A stretch of 64,000 bases of DNA from IMG/VR virus record IMGVR_UViG_3300023297_000003. One strand, written 5' to 3'. The position numbers were made by a program, and so were the translations under genes. Under the pieces are notes generated by a model that had not been told where the DNA came from, searched no databases, and worked only from the letters and a program-made list of their open reading frames with translations. Positions 1 to 8,748 of this stretch are shown here, in pieces; the stretch's first letter is position 1; each line of letters begins with the position of its first letter. Source of the stretch: a virus (taxonomy: Duplodnaviria; Heunggongvirae; Uroviricota; Caudoviricetes).

Positions 1-612
1 GCACGTATCTGCCTCTGCCTTGGACACGGGCTGATGACAACGGATACAGACATCCACCCCAGCCGTCTGCCCTGGCTTCAAGGCAGGCTTCGGACCCGGC
101 TCTGGCTCAGGTGTCCGCCCCTGTATACAGTCCGTCAAAGCCGAGGTGGAGTCCAGTTCATTGATGTCGGGGATGATGACCACCCTGACTTTGTCCTTAG
201 CAGACCCAACGGCCACCTGATCCTCATGACCCTCGAAGGCTTCGTTGCGGAACACCATACCGCCTCGGATACCCAGGAGAGCCTCGGCTACCGTTTGGAA
301 GTCCCCGACACCATCCTGGATGAAGGTGAAGGTGGGATTCTTGTTGGCTTCCAACAGCATCCGACGCTGGTACTCGCTCTGGATGGGACGTCCTTTGCCC
401 TTGACCCGACGCACTTCGGCGTCGCTGTCCACGCCCACGATGAGGATCCCGTCGTAACCCAGCGCCCGGAGACACCGCTCCAGATACCGCTCATGGAAGT
501 CGTGGAACAGGTCGAACGTCCCGCTGGTCAGGCCGACCTTCAGTTCCGGGTGGGCCTTGATGTACAGGCCCGCAGCCTCCAGGCTGGTACAAGGATGGGG
601 GTTGATGACCAT
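1..612 (-). CDS. Cytidylyltransferase-like (HIGH-superfamily, RfaE domain II/TagD-like) nucleotidyltransferase, runs off the window edge
   Basis: Not in ORF track; manual translation MVINPHPC...VGLTSGTFDLFHDFHERYL...LIVGVDSDAEVRRVKGKGRPIQ...STS matches the GxFDxxHxGH family; start overlaps upstream stop (TGATG). Confidence 0.8.
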   Translation of the reverse strand, partial: MVINPHPCTSLEAAGLYIKAHPELKVGLTSGTFDLFHDFHERYLERCLRALGYDGILIVGVDSDAEVRRVKGKGRPIQSEYQRRMLLEANKNPTFTFIQDGVGDFQTVAEALLGIRGGMVFRNEAFEGHEDQVAVGSAKDKVRVVIIPDINELDSTSALTDCIQGRTPEPEPGPKPALKPGQTAGVDVCIRCHQPVSKAEADTC

Positions 613-815
613 CAGGCACCTCCAGTAACTGTGGTTGCAGGAGGGACTGGAATACAGCGTACAGCTTTGTATGCCACGAAAGACCCCTTCTGGTGGGTAT
701 AGCCATAGCAAACTAAAGGCTCGTTGCTGTGAGCGCAGTCGTGCTCCTCGACGTGTTCACAATGGCTGCACAGCTTAAAGCCAGCATGGTCACATACACA
801 TATTAACCCCATCAT
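612..815 (-). CDS. Small Cys/His-rich hypothetical protein
   Basis: AGGAGG RBS, downstream of promoter motif, coupled to next gene. Confidence 0.6.
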   Translation of the reverse strand: MMGLICVCDHAGFKLCSHCEHVEEHDCAHSNEPLVCYGYTHQKGSFVAYKAVRCIPVPPATTVTGGA

Positions 816-832
816 GGCACCTCCTACTAGGC

Positions 833-859
833 CTACTCAGGGGGTGGTTCAGATGATCC
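833..859 (-). promoter_or_regulatory. GGATCATC-N13-GAGTAG promoter-like motif
   Basis: Exact motif match upstream of a gene. Confidence 0.7.
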
Positions 860-861
860 CA

Positions 862-1083
862 TCAGACATCTGTGGCTTTTCGGTGACTCAGGTGATCCCT
901 TGATCGAGGGGTGATGGCTTCTGTGGGTTGGGTACCCCCGGTCTTCAGCACCACCCATCCGTCCGTCCACCCATCCGACCCTTTGAGTTTGACGTAGGCT
1001 CCGACGTTGGCGTAGCGGGTGGGTATCCAGGAAGTCGTTTCGGTCTGGCATCGGCGGAGTCTGCACTGTGTGTGAGTTTCCAT
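862..1083 (-). CDS. Hypothetical phage protein (METHTQCRL...)
   Basis: GGAGG RBS before ATG at 1083. Confidence 0.6.
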   Translation of the reverse strand: METHTQCRLRRCQTETTSWIPTRYANVGAYVKLKGSDGWTDGWVVLKTGGTQPTEAITPRSRDHLSHRKATDV

Positions 1084-1098
1084 TGCGTTCCTCCATAG

Positions 1099-1169
1099 TA
1101 TGCCCACCGGGAATTGAACCCGGATCACCCGATTATAGGTCAGGCGCTCGACCGTTGAGCTATGGGCAC
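1099..1169 (-). tRNA. tRNA-Ile(TAT), C33
   Basis: Cloverleaf GTGCCCA/TGGGCAT; anticodon loop CCTATAA. Confidence 0.85.
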
Positions 1170-1170
1170 A

Positions 1171-1743
1171 TCAGGACCCACTGATGTCATCATCCTTCTT
1201 GTGGAAAAATAATGTCCTTCGCCCCTCCGGGCTACACAACAGTTGACTGTGCTCCTGGTGGTCCTTCACCCACTCGGGGCGGAGAGAGGCAATGGGGAGC
1301 ATGTAGTGGTGGACTACCGCCCCGTCGAAGCCCAGAGTACGGAACCCGATCCTTCGGGTGTTGGGATCATCACTAGGGATGGTCTTCCAGACGCTAGGAT
1401 TTCCCTTGGCCTCCAGGAAGCTCTCCCAAAGACCAGACCAGCCTCTGTACTGTGTCTCGTCCGGGTACTCGAAGGTCACATCAGGCCCTTCCCACGATCC
1501 GTTAAAGTCAGGGTTCCACTGGTACTGGATGTCCGGCTCGTCCCGCCTCTTCAAGGCTCCGAAGGTCACCATCATGCCGAGCATGTCGCTCAGGGCGTCC
1601 CCGACCCTGTTGGCACTCCAGAAGACGTGCTTCAGGGTGGTCGGGAAGTTGTCCTCTTCCCGGAACAAACCGAGACTTAACCCCAGTGCATGTTCGGCAA
1701 GGTCCCAGTCCTTCCAGTCCTGCATCCGTTCTCTAAACGTCAT
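1171..1743 (-). CDS. Hypothetical protein
   Basis: 190 aa ORF with AGGAGG RBS. Confidence 0.7.
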   Translation of the reverse strand: MTFRERMQDWKDWDLAEHALGLSLGLFREEDNFPTTLKHVFWSANRVGDALSDMLGMMVTFGALKRRDEPDIQYQWNPDFNGSWEGPDVTFEYPDETQYRGWSGLWESFLEAKGNPSVWKTIPSDDPNTRRIGFRTLGFDGAVVHHYMLPIASLRPEWVKDHQEHSQLLCSPEGRRTLFFHKKDDDISGS

Positions 1744-1758
1744 CGGGCACCTCCTTCT

Positions 1759-1833
1759 TGGAGCGGGAGACCGGATTCGAACCGGCGACCATCAGCTTGG
1801 AAGGCTGATATTCTACCACTGAATTACTCCCGC
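1759..1833 (-). tRNA. tRNA-Gly(TCC)
   Basis: Canonical cloverleaf, encoded CCA. Confidence 0.95.
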
Positions 1834-2055
1834 TTAGTGTTGCTCCTCCTGGGGGACGCCCCCGTAGATGAGATTCCACAAAGGTTTACCTGGCCAGTTT
1901 GTTTCGGCATGTTCTCGTTTCGTGTAAACAGGAATGAAGGCCACAGGTTGTTCCTCATCGGGAACACCATCGGAACTGATCATCGGTGGACTGTCCAAAG
2001 GCCAAGGGACAAGCACCACAGGCATGTAAAACTTTGGCGGAGTAGTGGTGGCCAT
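1834..2055 (-). CDS. Hypothetical protein
   Basis: Fills gap between NADAR gene and tRNA. Confidence 0.5.
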   Translation of the reverse strand: MATTTPPKFYMPVVLVPWPLDSPPMISSDGVPDEEQPVAFIPVYTKREHAETNWPGKPLWNLIYGGVPQEEQH

Positions 2056-2057
2056 CA

Positions 2058-2540
2058 CTACTCCGGCACAAGGAGGTTTTCCCTGAGCTTCGTAAGCACT
2101 TCGCCCAACCAATTCGTGCCCAACCACTGGCCACGATCCTTGGCCCGCTTGTCGTCCTTCCGCAAACCTATTCCCCAGACCTTGTCGTGAGGGCTGGCCT
2201 CAACCAAGGTGGATCCCGCCGTGGCCACAAGGTGCGCCAGAAGATCCGGGTTCTGTGTGAACTTGGCGTAGCTTCCCTGGTACACAACGTCCTTGGCAAC
2301 GGCCCCCCACTTAGTGACGTCAAAGCCTACGACCTGTCTGCCGAACCGCTTCTGGTCACTGGGATCCGAGCTGGTCATGATCATGGCTTCCCTCGTGGTG
2401 TCCCTGAACAATCGGGCCTTCTCCGCCATCATATACTGCTCCGCACAATTGTACGTCACCCCATCGATCACGAAGGGTGATGGATGCCACTGCGAAAAGA
2501 CGCCCGACCAGAAAAACGTGAATCTCTCTTTCAGTTTCAT
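2058..2540 (-). CDS. NADAR (YbiA/DUF1768) family protein
   Basis: FSQWHPSPF...AEQYMMAEKA...KFTQNPDL...LVEASPHDKVWGIG...GTNWLGEVL motifs. Confidence 0.92.
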   Translation of the reverse strand: MKLKERFTFFWSGVFSQWHPSPFVIDGVTYNCAEQYMMAEKARLFRDTTREAMIMTSSDPSDQKRFGRQVVGFDVTKWGAVAKDVVYQGSYAKFTQNPDLLAHLVATAGSTLVEASPHDKVWGIGLRKDDKRAKDRGQWLGTNWLGEVLTKLRENLLVPE

Positions 2541-2759
2541 TCAGCCCCCGATTTCTAATCTCTTCAAGACCTTTTCCAACAAGACCCGAGAAACGGACAT
2601 GTTTGGTCTTCGAATTTCCCCGAAAACCAAAACCTGATCATCGGATTGCTGCTCAATCCCTAAAACAGCACCCTCACGAAAACCATCGAGCAACAGGTCT
2701 TTTCCGATGTCCTGTTCCGTTACTGTACCAGCAGGTCGGTAAAACTGTACTTTCATCAT
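2541..2759 (-). CDS. Hypothetical protein
   Basis: ORF with GGGAG RBS abutting NADAR. Confidence 0.5.
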   Translation of the reverse strand: MMKVQFYRPAGTVTEQDIGKDLLLDGFREGAVLGIEQQSDDQVLVFGEIRRPNMSVSRVLLEKVLKRLEIGG

Positions 2760-2772
2760 CTCCCTGTCTCCC

Positions 2773-3086
2773 CTAATGCCGGGTGGCACTGTTTTGGAAG
2801 AAGCGGGCTCTCGTTTCCCTTGTCCGTAGCTGTTCCCGCAGTTCCATCAGGTTTAGGCCCAGTTCTGTCCATTGTCCCTCAGGCACATTACCGCAAAAGG
2901 GTAAAGAGGAGAGACCCGATTTGATTTCCATAACGTGGATGGTTACCCATTCCTGTGTTGTACTGTCTTCGAACCCAATCCAGTGAGGGGCTCCGCATCC
3001 TTTGATAGAAGTTCATGGCCTGTTCTTTTGCGCTCCAGGAAATCCTGAAAGAAAAGGAAACAGCTTTTGAATTGCTTTTCTTTCAT
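2773..3086 (-). pseudogene. Apparently frameshifted hypothetical gene
   Basis: RBS+ATG at 3086 frame stops at about 2943; a second frame is open from about 3012 to TAG at 2773. Confidence 0.45.
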
Positions 3087-3101
3087 GTAAAAACCCTCCG
3101 G

Positions 3102-3174
3102 TGGGCGGTACTGGACTTGAACCAGTGACCTTCGGCTTGTGATACCGACGTTCTACCAACTGAGCTAACCGCCC
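3102..3174 (-). tRNA. tRNA-Val(CAC)
   Basis: Cloverleaf, loop ATCACAA. Confidence 0.9.
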
Positions 3175-3360
3175 TCAAATTTCATCCTCTGTCGGTTCCC
3201 TGAAGCTGTCTGCGTCAAAGCCCCAGTGAACCTTACCGTCCTTCGTGGCTACCGCAACGTGCCCAGGCATGTTCTCGATCCCCCCGAGGAGCAACACTGC
3301 CTCGTTCTCTTCCCACGGGTAGTCTAGAACCGCTGAACCTATCGCTATCACTATACGCAT
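3175..3360 (-). CDS. Hypothetical protein
   Basis: AAGGAG RBS, 61 aa. Confidence 0.55.
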   Translation of the reverse strand: MRIVIAIGSAVLDYPWEENEAVLLLGGIENMPGHVAVATKDGKVHWGFDADSFREPTEDEI

Positions 3361-3370
3361 CGGTAACTCC

Positions 3371-4438
3371 TTAAAAGAACGCATCAAGATCGTCGGGTGC
3401 GGTCTTGTGCCCAATGATCAGGAACTCCTGAAGGAGTTCCTGCCTGTAGTCTCGCTCCTCGGAACTGTCCGACTTGTACCGCTGATAGGGCTCGGCCTGC
3501 ACCTCCACGGTCTCGCAGCCCCCGTGGAACATCGCTGCCATCATCCGCTGGAGGGGCACCGTGCTGTCCGAACTGTAGCTGATGGCAATGAGCCGTGCCC
3601 TCGTCCGTCGTACAATCTTCTCCAGGAACTCCGCAACGGCCTCGACAGGGCGGCAGAAGGTACTCCGGGCATAGTCCTCGGGGAGACCTGTAATGCCCTT
3701 CACAACGGGGTCTGTGGCCGACACAGCGGCTTCGTAGAGGTGGTAGTTGGGAGCATACTCCCTGGGCACATAGGGTGGATCGATGTAGAGGATGTCCTCC
3801 GCATGACTTTGACGGAACTCAGGGTCATCCAGCAGTTCCAGAACGTCCCTGTTGAACACCACCGCAGAAGCCTCCCCGTACACGATGGGGGCGCTCATGG
3901 TGAAGCCCCTCTTGGCTTCGGGTCTCCAACCCTTCAGGAAAGCAGCATGGTTCCCTGTGGTGTTGTCTACTCTACCGATCCCCAGGATCAGGCAGTAGTA
4001 GAGGTAGCTCTGCATTACCGGGTCCTTTACCCCTTGGATGAAGGTCCGGGCTGCATCGATCTGTTGGGCGTTGGCACTGGTGAGGTACCGGCGTTTCCCT
4101 GGCCTGTAGGGTTCATCCACGGGGCTGCTGTACTGACGGAAGAAGTGTCCCTCCATCGGGTTCAGCCTGTTGAGCAGATCGATCATCAACCGGGCCTCAG
4201 GCAATCGGGCGGCTGGGAAGCACAACTGCGCCCGAGCCACGTGGGAAGCGAAACACAGCAGGTCGTTGGCGATGACCTTGTACCCTTCCTTCATTGCCTG
4301 GACCGCTACCGAGGCTGTTCCCGTGCAGGCGTCCAGGAAAACGATCCCTGAAGGATCCATCCCCATTGCTTGGGCGTGCCTGTTGATGTGCCTAAAGAGC
4401 CACCGTAGCAACTTGGGCTTGGCACCGATGTACCTCAC
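3371..4438 (-). CDS. DNA adenine N6-methyltransferase (D12 class)
   Basis: MRYIGAKPKL, FLDACTGTASV (motif I), ILYIDPPY (motif IV). Confidence 0.9.
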   Translation of the reverse strand: MRYIGAKPKLLRWLFRHINRHAQAMGMDPSGIVFLDACTGTASVAVQAMKEGYKVIANDLLCFASHVARAQLCFPAARLPEARLMIDLLNRLNPMEGHFFRQYSSPVDEPYRPGKRRYLTSANAQQIDAARTFIQGVKDPVMQSYLYYCLILGIGRVDNTTGNHAAFLKGWRPEAKRGFTMSAPIVYGEASAVVFNRDVLELLDDPEFRQSHAEDILYIDPPYVPREYAPNYHLYEAAVSATDPVVKGITGLPEDYARSTFCRPVEAVAEFLEKIVRRTRARLIAISYSSDSTVPLQRMMAAMFHGGCETVEVQAEPYQRYKSDSSEERDYRQELLQEFLIIGHKTAPDDLDAFF

Positions 4439-5169
4439 AGCAAGTCCCCCATGTCAGGAAGATCGAACTGAGAGTCGGTCTCCCGCTTTTTCCTCATCGG
4501 TTCAGCCACCACCTCTAGAATCGCACCCATGTCTACTCCATCGGGAGGCGGTGGGCGCACGGGCTGCAAGTTCCGCAAGGCGGTCCGGCTGAACTTGGTT
4601 CGGTGGTGTGGGGTCAACCCCAACTCCTTCAAACCGATCAAATGTTCCTTGGTGCCGTAACCCTTGTTCCGTTCCCAACCATACCCCGGACAAGCCTCAC
4701 CCAACCTCTCCATGTAGTTGTCACGGTTGGTCTTGGCGATGACGGAGGCAGCGCTTACCTGCCAGAAGTTGAGATCGGCCTTGGCGATGAAGCGGGATGG
4801 GACGGAGCCATAGTAGTTGGGGGGCCACAGAACATCGGAACCGTCCACGATGATGTCGGACACCGGACCTGGGGGATCCACGAGGAGACGCTCCACGCAT
4901 TCCCTGAAACACTCGGTGACGGTTTTAACGATCCCCCGCTGGTTGATGTCGTTGACAGACCTCGTGGCGATGACCCAGCGGATCTCAGGGTGGCCCTGAA
5001 GTTCCGCTGCAGCAATGGTTCGCTTCCTGTACGTCATCTTCTTGCTGTCGGTGACCCCTGACACAGGCTCTAGCCCGATAGGGGATAGGACACCCGCCGT
5101 GTAGACGTCCCCAGCGAGACAACCTCGCCCGACCTCGTCCACACCGATGCGCCAGAGTACCTGTGTCAC
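4435..5169 (-). CDS. rnhB: Ribonuclease HII
   Basis: IGVDEVGRGCLAG, DSKK, IIVDG, KAD...SAASVIAK, NKGYGT..H motifs. Confidence 0.93.
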   Translation of the reverse strand: MTQVLWRIGVDEVGRGCLAGDVYTAGVLSPIGLEPVSGVTDSKKMTYRKRTIAAAELQGHPEIRWVIATRSVNDINQRGIVKTVTECFRECVERLLVDPPGPVSDIIVDGSDVLWPPNYYGSVPSRFIAKADLNFWQVSAASVIAKTNRDNYMERLGEACPGYGWERNKGYGTKEHLIGLKELGLTPHHRTKFSRTALRNLQPVRPPPPDGVDMGAILEVVAEPMRKKRETDSQFDLPDMGDLL

Positions 5170-5480
5170 GCTAGGGACTCCTTCAAGGTGAAGTGTCGCT
5201 GCAACCACTCCCCGCTGCGGAGATCAAAAACGTGCCGTGTGTCAGGGAACTTCCTGTACACCGTCAGGTCCGAGGAGTTCAGGAGGGATGCGTGGGCCAA
5301 GAGCTTTCCGGTCTCACAGTCAAACTCCAGGATCTCATCAATCCTCCAGAGCAGAGGGTTCGCTTCCATTTGCCACCGCTCTAGTGGTTCGAACATGTTG
5401 GGGTTGGGACTGAAGATCATCCCCACTTTGATTTTGCTGATAACCATGTTTACCTCGGGTAACGGATCGTTGTTGTTCAT
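5166..5480 (-). CDS. Hypothetical protein
   Basis: Coupled ORF. Confidence 0.55.
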   Translation of the reverse strand: MNNNDPLPEVNMVISKIKVGMIFSPNPNMFEPLERWQMEANPLLWRIDEILEFDCETGKLLAHASLLNSSDLTVYRKFPDTRHVFDLRSGEWLQRHFTLKESLA

Positions 5481-6244
5481 CCTTGTTGAGAGCTTTGTTT
5501 TTTCCGAGAGGACATCCGTTGCAGCCTTCGCAGGTCCGCAATGTCAATCTCATCCAGTAGCACCAGGGGAGCGTCCAGAAGCCCTTCCCTTACGATTTGT
5601 TTCAGCAAGGCCACCTTTTTTTCATCTCCAGGTCTTACCCTCTGTATTCGGTGTATCTCTAAATAAAACATCCCAAAGGGAGCCCAGACACGAAAATCCG
5701 GCAGGTATGTACGCCCCCCGACTAGTGTGAACCGCCTGGGCTCATACTGCCACTTCCAATACAGTGAGTCTAGCGTCTCGGCTCCTAGTTTTTCCCAAGA
5801 GGATCGGAATTTGTGCTTTACACCTTTTGGATCTGTGTAAACAGTCCAGTTGGGCCACTTAGGTTTCCGCCGTCTAGCTAAAATTTCCTTGCACCGATCT
5901 GAGCGAGCATAATCCTGTACTGCTTTTTTCCAGGAGTCTGTTGAGGTGATTCGTTTCATGTTTTTTGATCGGAGTTCTCGGTACTCTGGTGTTTGCATGG
6001 CCCTTTCATGGTTTGCTCGTTTTTCTGGATCCAGCCAGGATTTTTGTGTCCTTTTGCTTTGAGCCTTTCCGTAGGCATCGGACTTCCGATGTTCCTTTCC
6101 CCAGAGGGATCGTTTCCGACCCCCACCGAGACGGCCACAAACGGAACTACAATAGAGCCGGGTCGCAGGGCCTTTTGCTCTAGACGGAAGCACCCAGTAG
6201 GGTTCTCCACACTCAGCACACCACATTTGCACCTTTTTCTTCAC
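5477..6244 (-). CDS. Putative homing endonuclease (Zn finger + basic repeats + PD-(D/E)xK domain)
   Basis: CAECG, YCSSVC; RSSWE...WQYEP...YLPDF...YLEI; lower GC. Confidence 0.7.
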   Translation of the reverse strand: MKKKVQMWCAECGEPYWVLPSRAKGPATRLYCSSVCGRLGGGRKRSLWGKEHRKSDAYGKAQSKRTQKSWLDPEKRANHERAMQTPEYRELRSKNMKRITSTDSWKKAVQDYARSDRCKEILARRRKPKWPNWTVYTDPKGVKHKFRSSWEKLGAETLDSLYWKWQYEPRRFTLVGGRTYLPDFRVWAPFGMFYLEIHRIQRVRPGDEKKVALLKQIVREGLLDAPLVLLDEIDIADLRRLQRMSSRKKQSSQQG

Positions 6245-6256
6245 CCTGTTCTTCCC

Positions 6257-6550
6257 CTATCGTTTTCGATTACGAGACTCCCTTAGACGAACACTTGTCC
6301 CTGGAGCAACCTTACGGATAAATGACAGAGCTTTCTGGACTCTGTCATTTGCCAAAAGTCCCTCCAGAGTATCTAGCTGTTGCTTTGTGTCTCGGATGTC
6401 CGTGTTCGAAAACAGAAGATGTATATTCCGGTGACATTCCCGGCAGATCCGATCCGTGTTGATCTTGTCTACCCTACGGGTTTTCAGGTGGTGCTTCTCC
6501 ATCAGTTCTGGAGGCATCTCCCGGTTGCATAGCGGACAAGCCATAATCAC
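6257..6550 (-). CDS. Small HNH endonuclease-like protein
   Basis: CPLC...EKHHL...ICRECHRNIH. Confidence 0.75.
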   Translation of the reverse strand: MIMACPLCNREMPPELMEKHHLKTRRVDKINTDRICRECHRNIHLLFSNTDIRDTKQQLDTLEGLLANDRVQKALSFIRKVAPGTSVRLRESRNRKR

Positions 6551-6552
6551 AT

Positions 6553-6828
6553 CTAATCCACGTCAACAAAACCACCACAAACGGGACATGCCTGAGGAGT
6601 TTCCTCCTTGGTCAGGTATTGCTGTGTACGGATGATCCGAGCAGCCCGTTCACAAGCTTCCACGACTACGTCCCGGTACGTCCGCTGTGGTTCGTTCCCC
6701 TCTCGGGGAAACGGAGCGTCCAGTTTGGACAGGGCATCTTCCCAGTGGAGAAGGCTTCTGAGTGGATTGTAGTCCTTCGTCCAGAAGTCGTCCTGCTCCC
6801 AACCGCATCTGCGACAAAATATAAACAT
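6553..6828 (-). CDS. Zn-ribbon hypothetical protein
   Basis: CRRC...CPVC. Confidence 0.65.
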   Translation of the reverse strand: MFIFCRRCGWEQDDFWTKDYNPLRSLLHWEDALSKLDAPFPREGNEPQRTYRDVVVEACERAARIIRTQQYLTKEETPQACPVCGGFVDVD

Positions 6829-6851
6829 GGCAAGGTCCTCCCTACAGTCGT

Positions 6852-6878
6852 CTACTCAAAGGAGGGCACTGATGATCA
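6852..6878 (-). promoter_or_regulatory. TGATCATC-N13-GAGTAG promoter-like motif
   Basis: One-mismatch copy. Confidence 0.65.
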
Positions 6879-6992
6879 GGAAAAGTTTAGGCCCAAGAGG
6901 TTTCCATCTGGTGTTTTTTCAGCATCAGATTTGGGCGCTTTTACTAAAGAGACTCTGAGCCTGGCCGTAATCCCGATCCTAAGGAGGACACA

Positions 6993-7259
6993 ATGGACCA
7001 GCTTGTTGATTATCTGAGAGAGACCTTCACGGATGACTTGGTGATGTGGGACGTGGAGTATACACAGCGTGCAGGAGTTGAGAAGGACCTACGGGGTCGC
7101 TGTAAGGTCTTCATCCACTACCGGCCCGGAGACCCTGGCCCCCAGCCGAAGGACATCACGATCACGGAAGCGACCCCTGAGTTTGTTCTGGCGAGGCTGC
7201 GATTGAACCTGGAGTTCCAGGCCCGATGTGCTGAGGTGGGTATCCCTGCTGCTCTGTAG
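6993..7259 (+). CDS. Hypothetical protein
   Basis: AAGGAGG RBS, 88 aa. Confidence 0.7.
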   Translation: MDQLVDYLRETFTDDLVMWDVEYTQRAGVEKDLRGRCKVFIHYRPGDPGPQPKDITITEATPEFVLARLRLNLEFQARCAEVGIPAAL

Positions 7260-7332
7260 AGGCGACACCCGGATTCGAACCGAGGCATGCCAGATTTGCA
7301 ATCTGGTGCATTACCAATTTTGCTATGTCGCC
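7260..7332 (-). tRNA. tRNA-Cys(GCA)
   Basis: Cloverleaf, U73. Confidence 0.93.
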
Positions 7333-7333
7333 T

Positions 7334-7409
7334 TGGTGGTGAGAGGCGGGATCGAACCGCCGACAACACCCTTATGAGGGGTGGGCTCTACCAACTGAGC
7401 TATCTCACC
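7334..7409 (-). tRNA. tRNA(CAT): elongator Met or Ile2
   Basis: Cloverleaf, loop CTCATAA, CCA. Confidence 0.9.
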
Positions 7410-7413
7410 AAAG

Positions 7414-7485
7414 CAGGGGTGGAAGGATTTGAACCTCCGGCATCCAGATTCAGAGTCTGGCGTTCTACCACTGAACTACACCCCT
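7414..7485 (-). tRNA. tRNA-Gln(CTG) with A1:U72 Trp-like acceptor
   Basis: AGGGGTG/CACCCCT-G; loop CTCTGAA. Confidence 0.88.
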
Positions 7486-7572
7486 GTGTTGCACCCACCG
7501 ATACCCTAGCTGAAAACAAGGACACCGGCAACATCTAACAGGATCTTTGTTGAACTTCTTATTTTAATGAGG

Positions 7573-7644
7573 CAGGGGCGGCAGGATTCGAACCTGCGAT
7601 ACAGGGACCAAAGCCCTGTGTCTTAACCACTTGACGACACCCCC
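7573..7644 (-). tRNA. tRNA-Gln(TTG)
   Basis: Cloverleaf, loop CTTTGGT. Confidence 0.9.
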
Positions 7645-7716
7645 GGACAGAGAATAGGACCAGACCGTTCTTTCCCCACTCAGGAGCCCCGTTTCAAAGT
7701 ATCCTTAGGATGCTCC

Positions 7717-7974
7717 TTAAACAGTGAGCAAAGGTTCGGGGTAAACCCCCGGTCCCAGCACAATCACAGCCCCCTGTTTCATCATACGGACCTGAGCGTT
7801 CAGTCTTTTCCGAATTGCGTACAAGGCCGTGACCTTGTACAGCGCCTTGGTGCTGGAGGAAAAGCTGAGTCGCAACGGCTGCGTTTCAGCTTCGTGCAGC
7901 AACGCTATGTTACTGTCCTTCTGGGTATCTCGTACCCCGTCCCATTCAGCAATCGTAATCTGTTCCTTTTTCAT
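7717..7974 (-). CDS. Hypothetical protein
   Basis: GGGAGG RBS. Confidence 0.6.
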   Translation of the reverse strand: MKKEQITIAEWDGVRDTQKDSNIALLHEAETQPLRLSFSSSTKALYKVTALYAIRKRLNAQVRMMKQGAVIVLGPGVYPEPLLTV

Positions 7975-8037
7975 CTCGTCCTCCCAACCGTCGTAAACCC
8001 GCAACAGAGTATACTACTCCGTTCGCCTGACAATGGG

Positions 8038-8110
8038 TGGAGCTGAGGGGAATCGAACCCCTGACTTTTGCCTTGCGAAGGCAACGCTCTCCCAACTGAG
8101 CTACAGCCCC
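8038..8110 (-). tRNA. tRNA-Ala(CGC)
   Basis: G3:U70, cloverleaf. Confidence 0.93.
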
Positions 8111-8182
8111 TGAACATCGGCCAATAAGGTTTGATGAGGTGCCTGACGATTTCCTCAGGAGTCCTGACCAAACCCAATCTAG

Positions 8183-8254
8183 TAGCGGGGGACGGGATCG
8201 AACCGCCGACCTCCGGGTTATGAGTCTTCTGAGCTACCACTGCGCCACCTCGCA
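8183..8254 (-). pseudogene. Degenerate initiator-type tRNA-Met(CAT)
   Basis: fMet-like body, but anticodon stem GAAGA/CCCGG does not pair. Confidence 0.7.
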
Positions 8255-8259
8255 AAAAA

Positions 8260-8400
8260 GCCGGTTTCGAGTGCTTTATCTCTCACCGGCAAGAGAGATT
8301 CGGAGTGGGAGAGAGGGGAAGAAAACACCTGCATGCGGGAACCTCTCTTGATCCCAGGCTATGGAACACTCGTGCCTCGCCTTGCTATGTACCCCCGCAC
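8260..8400 (-). ncRNA. Candidate double-pseudoknot structured RNA
   Basis: Five complementary segment pairs, see findings. Confidence 0.55.
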
Positions 8401-8403
8401 ACA

Positions 8404-8479
8404 TGGAGCGGGCAACGGGACTCGGACCCGTGGCCTTCTGGATGGGAACCAGATGCTCTACCAACTGAGCTATGCCCGC
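8404..8479 (-). tRNA. tRNA-Gly(CCC)
   Basis: Cloverleaf, CCA; T-loop TCCGAGT. Confidence 0.9.
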
Positions 8480-8480
8480 A

Positions 8481-8657
8481 TTATTCAAACGAAGCCTTCA
8501 TCTTGGAAAAGACTGCCAAAAAGACCCGGTGTGCTTCTCCTGCGTCCTTGATGGTTTCACCTTTGTACAGGAAGCCCCCGGTGGTCAGACGCAGGACTTC
8601 CTCCTCGCCAACACTGAAGGTGATCGTGTTTTCCGATGTGAAATTGTTTTCGCTCAT
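8481..8657 (-). CDS. Hypothetical protein
   Basis: GGAGG RBS, 58 aa. Confidence 0.65.
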   Translation of the reverse strand: MSENNFTSENTITFSVGEEEVLRLTTGGFLYKGETIKDAGEAHRVFLAVFSKMKASFE

Positions 8658-8671
8658 TTTGACCTCCATAG

Positions 8672-8744
8672 TGGAGCCTACGAGAATCGAACTCGTGACC
8701 TCCGCCTTGCAAAAGCGGCGCTCTCCCAACTGAGCTAAGGCCCC
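8672..8744 (-). tRNA. tRNA-Ala(TGC)
   Basis: G3:U70, cloverleaf. Confidence 0.93.
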
Positions 8745-8748
8745 ATAC

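Noticed and set aside
34-702. 222-aa plus-strand ORF
   Set aside because: Antisense shadow of the minus-strand nucleotidyltransferase gene
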